Below are positions 8,460 to 15,116 of a stretch of DNA of 17,604 nucleotides, one piece after another (the first letter of the stretch is position 1; each line of letters starts with the position of its first letter). A model generated the notes under the pieces. That model worked only from the letters and a program-made list of their open reading frames with translations, searched no databases and was not told the origin of the DNA. The position numbers were made by a program, and so were the translations under genes. The stretch lies in NCBI GenBank assembly GCA_964450845.1, contig CAYVGZ010000027.1:1-17604 (forward strand), read 5' to 3'. This DNA comes from an uncultured Candidatus Bathyarchaeia archaeon (GTDB taxonomy: Archaea; Thermoproteota; Bathyarchaeia; Bathyarchaeales; Bathycorpusculaceae).

Positions 8460-9230
8460 TTAGGGTCTTTTTCCAGTGATGTAGAAGCCGCGTTTTTCGA
8501 GTTGTTCAAGCAGTTCTTTTGGTTTTGGGTGCCATTGTCCCCATTTTCTGCAGATGTGTTCAGTCCAGCTATAGTTGTCATGCGTGAACGTTTCTTTGCG
8601 ATGTGCTCGTAATGGTATTTTTGCATTCATTTTTCTGTAATAGTCCTGTGCTAAATAGCCTTCATCCATTTGCTTCATGGCTTTTGACACTATTTTTTCG
8701 TCTAATTTTGGATATTTGTCTTCGAATAGTGTGAATTCCATGGGATAACGTGGTCGTGGCGGCGGATCTTCTGCTGGATAACCCATTACAAGCTGCACCA
8801 AGGGGAACACTCTTTTTGGTAGGCTATATTCTTCTGCGATTTTGTCAGCTCGGTACATTGCGCTTCCGAGGAAGCAACTTCCAAGTCCGAGGCTTCTGCC
8901 TGCGACTACCATGTTTTCTGCCATGTAAGCAGCGTCTTGAATTCCGAAGAACAGTAGCGTTAGGTCGTTTGTGGCTAGTTTCCATTTTCTTTTAGCCATG
9001 ATCAGTTCGAACTTGTGAGAATCTATGCAAATCGTGAATAAGAGCGGGGCTTTGAATGGGTTGCGTTTTTTGTTTCGTGACAATAATACGCTGTAATATT
9101 GCGAAGCGAACGGCGCTTGTTGACCTGCTCTGACGATTGTTTCTATTATTTCGTCTGATGGTGTTTCGTCTGTGTATTTTCGGATTGACTTATGCTCAAG
9201 CATGGTTTGAATAACAAGATTCTTCTTCAT
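8460..9230 (-). CDS. Nitroreductase/flavin reductase family protein (NfrA-like)
   Basis: HKSIRKY FMN-binding motif, DAAYMAENMVVAGRSLGLGSCFLG, LVMGYPAEDPPPRPRYP, plus a C-terminal extension. Confidence 0.88.
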   Translation of the reverse strand: MKKNLVIQTMLEHKSIRKYTDETPSDEIIETIVRAGQQAPFASQYYSVLLSRNKKRNPFKAPLLFTICIDSHKFELIMAKRKWKLATNDLTLLFFGIQDAAYMAENMVVAGRSLGLGSCFLGSAMYRADKIAEEYSLPKRVFPLVQLVMGYPAEDPPPRPRYPMEFTLFEDKYPKLDEKIVSKAMKQMDEGYLAQDYYRKMNAKIPLRAHRKETFTHDNYSWTEHICRKWGQWHPKPKELLEQLEKRGFYITGKRP

Positions 9231-9268
9231 GACATCATCGTCTTTACGCCTAAATCCAACATTCTGCA

Positions 9269-9283
9269 GATATATGAGTTTCC
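9269..9283 (-). promoter_or_regulatory. Putative BRE+TATA promoter for the nitroreductase gene
   Basis: The minus strand reads GGAAACTCATATATC about 40-53 nt upstream of ATG 9230. Confidence 0.4.
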
Positions 9284-9337
9284 GTATGTCCTAAATATCC
9301 GTTCAAGCAATAATACCCAATAACTTGAGGAGTTCGA

Positions 9338-10906
9338 ATGACCGCGATAAAGGAACCTTCGGTTGATGATAAGATTAAGCGTTTACGCGAATTAAACGAA
9401 CAAGCCAAACTGGGCGGCGGACAAAAACGAATTGAAGACCAACACGCTAAAGGCAAGTTAACAGCCAGAGAACGCATCGAGCTATTACTTGACCCAGGCA
9501 GTTTTAACGAGCTTGACCAGTTCGTTGTGCATCAATGCACCGAATTTGGTATTGGTGAAAAGAAATTCCTCGGCGACGGCGTCGTAACAGGCTACGGCAC
9601 AATAGACGGCAGACTCGTCTACGTCTTCAGTCAAGACTTCACAGTCTTCGGCGGTTCACTCGGCGAAATGTTCGCAAAAAAAGTCTGCAAACTCATGGAT
9701 TTAGCCTTAAAAACAGGCGCACCCGTCATAGGCTTAAACGATTCAGGCGGAGCACGCATACAAGAAGGCGTAGCAAGCCTCGCGGGCTACGGTGACATAT
9801 TCTTCCGAAACGTCATAACTTCAGGCGTCGTACCGCAAATAAGCGCAATTATGGGTCCATGTGCAGGCGGAGCCGTCTATTCTCCAGCCCTAACAGACTT
9901 TATAATTATGGTGGATAAGACAAGCCACATGTTCATCACAGGCCCAGACGTAGTTAAAGCAGCATTAGGGCAAGAAGTCACTTTCGAAGAGCTCGGCGGG
10001 GCAATGGTTCACAGTCAAACAAGCGGCGTAGCGCATTTCATTGAAAAAGACGAACAACACTGCATACAGCTAATCAAGAAACTCTTAGGCTATTTGCCAA
10101 GCAATTATTTGGAAGACCCGCCAACAATAGAGCCAACAGACGACCCAAACAGAACAGACGAAACCTTGGCTCACATACTTCCAGACGACCCAGACAAGCC
10201 CTACGACGTTAAAGAAATCATAACACGCTTAGTAGACAACGGCGAATTCTTCGAAATCCAGCCCCTCTGGGCACAAAACATCGTGATCGGCTTCGCACGT
10301 TTAAATGGCAAAACCATAGGCATAGTAGCCAACCAACCCGCACACTACGCTGGCGCATTAGACATACATAGCAGCATGAAAGCTGGCCGTTTCATACGCT
10401 TCTGCGACTGCTTCAACATCCCAATAATCACATTCGTAGATGTGCCGGGCTTTCTGCCAGGTCTAGAACAGGAACACGGCGGCATAATCAAACACGGGTC
10501 AAAACTATTGTACGCTTACTGTGAAGCAACAGTGCCAAAAATCACTGTGATACTCCGCAAAGACTATGGCGGTGCTTACGATGTAATGGGTAGCAAACAC
10601 AGCGGAGCAGACATAAACTACGCATGGCCAACAGCCGAAATAGCCGTAATGGGACCGCACGGAGCAATAAACATAATCTTCCGCAAAGAAATCGCCGAAG
10701 CCACCGATCCGGAACAAAAACGCGTGGAACTTGTAAGTGAATATCGCCAAAAATTCGCAAGCCCTTACATAGCAGCACAGAAAGGCTACATAGACGAAGT
10801 AATAGAACCTGCCCAAACCCGACCCAAACTAATCAGCGCTCTGGAAAGCTTAACCACAAAACGCGAACCAAGACCAATGCGAAAACATGGAAACGTACCA
10901 TTATAA
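9338..10906 (+). CDS. pccB: Acyl-CoA carboxylase carboxyltransferase subunit (PccB / MmdA / transcarboxylase 12S type)
   Basis: [99 protein letters not shown] upstream. Confidence 0.96.
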   Translation: MTAIKEPSVDDKIKRLRELNEQAKLGGGQKRIEDQHAKGKLTARERIELLLDPGSFNELDQFVVHQCTEFGIGEKKFLGDGVVTGYGTIDGRLVYVFSQDFTVFGGSLGEMFAKKVCKLMDLALKTGAPVIGLNDSGGARIQEGVASLAGYGDIFFRNVITSGVVPQISAIMGPCAGGAVYSPALTDFIIMVDKTSHMFITGPDVVKAALGQEVTFEELGGAMVHSQTSGVAHFIEKDEQHCIQLIKKLLGYLPSNYLEDPPTIEPTDDPNRTDETLAHILPDDPDKPYDVKEIITRLVDNGEFFEIQPLWAQNIVIGFARLNGKTIGIVANQPAHYAGALDIHSSMKAGRFIRFCDCFNIPIITFVDVPGFLPGLEQEHGGIIKHGSKLLYAYCEATVPKITVILRKDYGGAYDVMGSKHSGADINYAWPTAEIAVMGPHGAINIIFRKEIAEATDPEQKRVELVSEYRQKFASPYIAAQKGYIDEVIEPAQTRPKLISALESLTTKREPRPMRKHGNVPL

Positions 10907-10943
10907 GTCAATTGAAAAAACAAAAACCACTGGTGTTCTGGTG

Positions 10944-11741
10944 ATGGACAGAAAAAGGTTGACCCGTGACATAATAATCCAAACGCTTGTGAATGCCTTA
11001 AAACCGCTCGATTATGTCCACACCTTTTATGAGGGAGGCGCCGCTGCCTTCAACCGAATTGATGAATGGTCCGACATCGACCTCTATCTAGTCGTAGACG
11101 ACGAAAAAGTCAATGAGGCATTCCTAGCAGCCGAAAAAGCATTAAAATCGTTATCATCTATCAAGCAAAAGTTTGATGTGCAGCAAACTGGCTGGCCAGG
11201 TGTCTTTCAGGCTTTTTACAGGTTGGAAGACGCAAGTGAGTATCTTATCATTGACCTTTGTGTTTTGAACTTCAGCGGTTCAGAAACGTTTTTGGAGCCA
11301 GAGATACATGGTAACGTCGTGTTCTACTTCAACAAATCTGGTAAGATTAAGCCTCCGCAATTGGATAGGGAAGCACTAGTCAAGAAAGTGCACGCGAGAT
11401 TTGATAGATTGCAGGCAAGGTTTGCCATGTTCAACAACTTCGTGCAAAAGAAGATCAACAGAGGTCATCTTCTTGAAGCCATAGACCTGTATCACGGTCT
11501 TACCCTTGCCACGCTAGTTGAAGCTTTGCGGATTAAACACAATCCTATACATTACAATTTCAAGATGGAATATCTGCATTACGAGCTTCCATCCGACGTA
11601 ATCAAGAGACTTGAGCATCTATACTTTGTCAAAGACGCGAAGGATCTGCAAGAAAAATACTACGAGGCAACCGAGTGGTTCCATAGGATAATTCAGGAGA
11701 TCGATCAAAAGGAAATAGAAAGGCTAATAGGAATACGATAG
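10944..11741 (+). CDS. Pol-beta superfamily nucleotidyltransferase with a C-terminal helical domain (LinB/AadK-like architecture)
   Basis: EGGAAAFNRIDEWSDIDLYLVV is the G[G/S]...DxD NTase motif, with a third acidic residue in IIDL. Helical C-terminus contains KKINRGHLLEA. The start was moved from the track's 10887 (overlaps pccB) to ATG 10944; GTG 10941 is also possible. Confidence 0.75.
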   Translation: MDRKRLTRDIIIQTLVNALKPLDYVHTFYEGGAAAFNRIDEWSDIDLYLVVDDEKVNEAFLAAEKALKSLSSIKQKFDVQQTGWPGVFQAFYRLEDASEYLIIDLCVLNFSGSETFLEPEIHGNVVFYFNKSGKIKPPQLDREALVKKVHARFDRLQARFAMFNNFVQKKINRGHLLEAIDLYHGLTLATLVEALRIKHNPIHYNFKMEYLHYELPSDVIKRLEHLYFVKDAKDLQEKYYEATEWFHRIIQEIDQKEIERLIGIR

Positions 11742-11753
11742 GGCTTGTGCGTG

Positions 11754-12104
11754 TTAGAATAAGATTTCTTTATTCATCTTTACCTTGTCATTCTCGATTG
11801 GTACGCCTTCTTTTTCTACGAGCTTCCTTCTAGACTCAGCGGCATTTCTTTCTCCTCCGAATCCACCGTCACACCTGACAACGCGATGGCATGGAACAAT
11901 TGGGTGAAGCGGATTTTTGTGTAACGCATTAGCAACAGCCCGATAAGCGTGTGGTTTGCCGATTTTTTCTGCTATTCTCTTGTATGTGCTGACTTTTCCA
12001 TGTGGAATCTTGAATGTGGCGACCAAAACTTTCTTTTCAAATTCTGTCTTGTTAGATAAGAAACGTCTAACATCTTCTTCCGTTTTAACTGCATCTTTAT
12101 CCAT
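11754..12104 (-). CDS. ogt: O6-methylguanine-DNA methyltransferase family protein (single DNA-binding/catalytic domain)
   Basis: IPHGKVSTY, RAVANAL, NPLHPIVPCHRVV with the active-site Cys. The likely start is ATG 12104 (MDKDAV) rather than 12125. Confidence 0.88.
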   Translation of the reverse strand: MDKDAVKTEEDVRRFLSNKTEFEKKVLVATFKIPHGKVSTYKRIAEKIGKPHAYRAVANALHKNPLHPIVPCHRVVRCDGGFGGERNAAESRRKLVEKEGVPIENDKVKMNKEILF

Positions 12105-12174
12105 TAAGCATCCCCATTTACACATTTAGGGAATTTGAATCTCTTATAAGTCTTTAAATTTCTCTTTAATCATT

Positions 12175-12888
12175 CTAATATTCAACGATTTTGGGCAGTT
12201 TCTTGGCTTCTGCAATAGTAGACTCGAGTTCTTTTGGCAATGGAGCTATTCCTTCAAAGCCTGTTCTCTCAACAAACTTGATAAGCATAACTCTAAGCTC
12301 TTCTGGATTCCACTTAGCCAGTTTCTCGATTGAATCAACACCTGCATCATAGTAAAGCCTTGCCCGAATGCCCTTTACACCTTGGATTCGAGCCAAATCT
12401 GACAGTTTAACAAGCTCCAGAATGGCTTCTGCTGGCACTCCAGTCTTCGCTGATAGCTCCTTTCTTTTGTCTCTTGTTCGTCCTGCCTCCAACATTTGCT
12501 TCACGTTTTTAATGCCTATACTCGCAAGTTTTTTAACATGTTCTTGACTGACTCCTCGGAACTCCTTCAGCGCAAAAGGTGCTTTCTCTATTCTTTTACC
12601 TCTCAATTCTCTTGCACATTCGTGCATCTCCTTGTTAGAGGTATACTCGTAGTAATAGCGAATCCCCCACAAGCATAGCTTAGCAGACTCGTTTCGCTCT
12701 TCTTCAAACCATGACACAAATGCTTCAAGATCTTCTGGACATGCCTTGTCTAATCCTTTGCGACCTCTTTTCTCTTGCAAATATTGCTCAAACTCAGTTA
12801 CGTATACAATAACCCGTCTGACCACACTTGGAGACCGCACACCTCGTTTTAAGAATTTCCGAAAGCCTTCTTCATCCACTTTTCTCAC
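12175..12888 (-). CDS. DUF4332-type helix-hairpin-helix protein with an N-terminal integrase SAM-like (core-binding) domain
   Basis: The C-terminal half (LKEFRGV...LASIGI...LSDLARIQGVKGIRARLYYDAGVDSIEKLA...LPKIVEY) fits DUF4332 from memory. The N-terminal ~85 aa (FRKFL...SPSVVRRV...FEQYL...EDLEAFV...LWGIRYYYEY) follows the integrase N-terminal SAM-like pattern. No recombinase catalytic domain. Confidence 0.7.
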   Translation of the reverse strand: MRKVDEEGFRKFLKRGVRSPSVVRRVIVYVTEFEQYLQEKRGRKGLDKACPEDLEAFVSWFEEERNESAKLCLWGIRYYYEYTSNKEMHECARELRGKRIEKAPFALKEFRGVSQEHVKKLASIGIKNVKQMLEAGRTRDKRKELSAKTGVPAEAILELVKLSDLARIQGVKGIRARLYYDAGVDSIEKLAKWNPEELRVMLIKFVERTGFEGIAPLPKELESTIAEAKKLPKIVEY

Positions 12889-13011
12889 ACGCCCTTACTA
12901 CGTTTGCGTTATCTTGTCGAATAAAGCTATTTCTTGACACCTAAATGAATTAATATGGCTTCACCTACCCTTTCTAATCTCAAATTCAATCTATATATAA
13001 GGGGGGTCTAG

Positions 13012-14559
13012 ACGCCTAAGAGCAAACCAGTCAAAATCACCGACACAACACTTCGCGACGCACACCAATCTTTAATGGCTACGAGAATGCGCACAGACGC
13101 TATGCTTCCCATAGCTGAAAAAATCGACCAAGTAGGCTTCTTCTCGCTAGAAATGTGGGGAGGAGCAACATTCGACGTTGCAATCCGCTTCTTAGCCGAA
13201 GACCCGTGGGAACGAATCCGCACTTTGAAACGTCACATAAAGCGAACACCCTTTCAAATGTTACTGCGTGGACAAAATGTTGTTGGCTACCACAACTATC
13301 CAGACGACATCGTCATAAAATTCGTAGAAAAAGCCGCCGAAAACGGCATCGACATATTCCGCGTTTTCGACGCTTTAAACGACATAAGAAACATGGAAGT
13401 AGCTATAAAAACAGTAAAAAAAACTGGCAAACACGCCCAAGGAACCATCTGCTACACAATCAGCCCAGTCCACACAATAAAATACTACGTGGAAACCGCC
13501 CAAAAACTAGCCCAACTTGACTGCGACTCCATCTGCATCAAAGACATGGCTGGAATGCTCGCACCACAACCGGCATACGAACTCATAGCTGCACTAAAAA
13601 AGAAAGTTGGGCTTCCCGTACATTTACACTCTCACAGCACAAGCGGCATGGTCATGATGACTTACCTCCGCGCATGCGAAGCAGGCGTAGACATAATCGA
13701 CACAGCCTTCTCGCCATTAGCTTGGGGCACTTCCCAGCCTCCAGTCGAATCTGTCGTAGCTGCCTTGAAAGGAACACCCTACGACCCAGGACTTGACATA
13801 GAACTCTTGAGCGAGATTGCAGATTACTTCCAAGAGCTACGAGAGAAATACTACGACCCACTAAAGCTTATCGACTCAAAAGCTGAAAGAGTTGACGCTT
13901 CCATTATCGTTCATCAAATTCCCGGCGGAATGTTCTCTAACCTTCTTGAACAGCTGAAAGAGCAGAAAGCGCTCGGCAGACTGAAGGAAGTTCTTGAAGA
14001 AGTTCCGAAAGTTAGAAAAGAGCTTGGTTATCCACCACTCGTAACGCCCACAAGCCAGCTCGTCGGCATACAAGCCGTGTGTAATGTTCTTTCAGGCAAA
14101 CGTTACAGCATTGTGCCAAAGGAGATAAAAGACTACGTGAAAGGCTTCTACGGAAAACCACCAGCTCCAATTAATCCGAAAGTGAAAAAGAAAATCATCG
14201 GCGACGAAGAACCCATAACATGCCGCCCAGCTGACCTTTTAGAGCCATCTCTCGACAAGATGCCAAGTGAAGCAAAATCCTACATTGAAAGTGAAGAGGA
14301 CAAACTAACCTATGCATTGTTTCCACAAACAGCCCTAGAATTCTTCAAGAGGAGAAAAGCCAAACGAGAAGAAGCTAAACCTGGAATCCCCCCTGAGAGA
14401 ATTGGCGAACTTGAAGAGGTCGCCGCAGTCTCGGTTGCAGTTGCCACCTACTTGACAAGCTCAAGCGGTGTAAAAGCGCTAATACTAGCAAAAACTAAAG
14501 CAGCCACATCATCTTGGGTATTAGCTGGTAGACAAAGCCTAGCTGATCATGGTGCATAA
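13012..14559 (+). CDS. Pyruvate/oxaloacetate carboxyltransferase (transcarboxylase 5S / PycB / OadA type) with a C-terminal docking tail and no fused biotinyl domain
   Basis: DTTLRDAHQSLMATRM, EMWGGATFD, QMLLRGQN, FRVFDALND, CIKDMAG, HLHSHST, QIPGGM, PPLVTP. The frame stays open upstream of the track's ATG (13075) to an in-frame TAG at 13009-13011. The catalytic DTTLRD motif lies in that upstream part, so the proposed start is ACG 13012. The product call is high confidence and the start is uncertain. Confidence 0.9.
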   Translation, partial: TPKSKPVKITDTTLRDAHQSLMATRMRTDAMLPIAEKIDQVGFFSLEMWGGATFDVAIRFLAEDPWERIRTLKRHIKRTPFQMLLRGQNVVGYHNYPDDIVIKFVEKAAENGIDIFRVFDALNDIRNMEVAIKTVKKTGKHAQGTICYTISPVHTIKYYVETAQKLAQLDCDSICIKDMAGMLAPQPAYELIAALKKKVGLPVHLHSHSTSGMVMMTYLRACEAGVDIIDTAFSPLAWGTSQPPVESVVAALKGTPYDPGLDIELLSEIADYFQELREKYYDPLKLIDSKAERVDASIIVHQIPGGMFSNLLEQLKEQKALGRLKEVLEEVPKVRKELGYPPLVTPTSQLVGIQAVCNVLSGKRYSIVPKEIKDYVKGFYGKPPAPINPKVKKKIIGDEEPITCRPADLLEPSLDKMPSEAKSYIESEEDKLTYALFPQTALEFFKRRKAKREEAKPGIPPERIGELEEVAAVSVAVATYLTSSSGVKALILAKTKAATSSWVLAGRQSLADHGA

Positions 14560-14561
14560 AA

Positions 14562-15116
14562 GTGCCTGTTTACGAAATTTTCATAGACAGCAAACCCCGA
14601 AAAATCGAACTGAAAAAGACTGGAGAAAACTTTTTCACAGTTAAAATAGACAGCAAGTCCCTCAGCATAGAATTACCATCCGACAAGCTCAACCTAGAAA
14701 AGCTTTCCTCCATAAAAATAGATGGAAAAACATACCACATAGAATTGCCCAGAATCGATTGGGAAAAACTCTTTCCCGTCAAGGTTGAAGAAATCACATT
14801 CAAAGCTGAAGTAAAAACTTCCACAAAGAAACCAACATTAACAGCTTTTGAACCAGTCCCCTTAACACCCACAAAGAAAACTATGGCGACAAAACAAGTT
14901 GTCGAAGGCACCATAACAGCGCCAATGACAGGAAAAATCCTCTCAGTTAAAGTCAAGAAAGGAGATCAAGTGGAACTTGACCAAGTTGTCTGCATCCTTG
15001 AAGCTATGAAAATGGAAAACGAAATTACGGCGCCCAAGGCTGGAACCATTCGAGAAGTGTATGTTTCAGAGGGTTCATCGGTGAGTGAAGGCGAACCCCT
15101 TTTCATAGTTGACTAG
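14562..15116 (+). CDS. Biotin carboxyl carrier protein 2 (N-terminal four-hairpin beta domain + biotinyl domain)
   Basis: GTG start 2 nt after the CT stop. APMTGKIL precedes the biotinylation motif EAMKMENEI (Lys codon 15009-15011). The gene ends GEPLF. Confidence 0.94.
   Translation: MPVYEIFIDSKPRKIELKKTGENFFTVKIDSKSLSIELPSDKLNLEKLSSIKIDGKTYHIELPRIDWEKLFPVKVEEITFKAEVKTSTKKPTLTAFEPVPLTPTKKTMATKQVVEGTITAPMTGKILSVKVKKGDQVELDQVVCILEAMKMENEITAPKAGTIREVYVSEGSSVSEGEPLFIVD
14574..14813 (+). repeat. Four degenerate ~21-24 codon intragenic repeats in BCCP-2
   Basis: Protein level: [13 protein letters not shown] / [13 protein letters not shown] / [13 protein letters not shown] / [16 protein letters not shown] level: ATAGACAGCAA at 14583 and 14646, CATAGAATT at 14666 and 14738. 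Confidence 0.7.

Noticed and set aside
10887-10943. ORF-track start of the nucleotidyltransferase at 10887
   Set aside because: It overlaps the conserved pccB C-terminus by 20 nt. ATG 10944 or GTG 10941 is more plausible.
12175-12888. Integrase or mobile element
   Set aside because: Only a core-binding-like domain is present. No R-H-R-Y catalytic domain, att sites, tRNA or terminal repeats were seen.
13075-13077. ORF-track ATG as the start of the pyruvate carboxyltransferase
   Set aside because: It would delete the essential DTTLRDAHQS motif encoded in frame just upstream.
9338-15116. Na+-pumping methylmalonyl-CoA or oxaloacetate decarboxylase (MmdA/OadA + BCCP)
   Set aside because: No OadB/MmdB membrane beta subunit or OadG-like gene in the window, and a BC is present. 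It cannot be fully excluded if those genes lie elsewhere.
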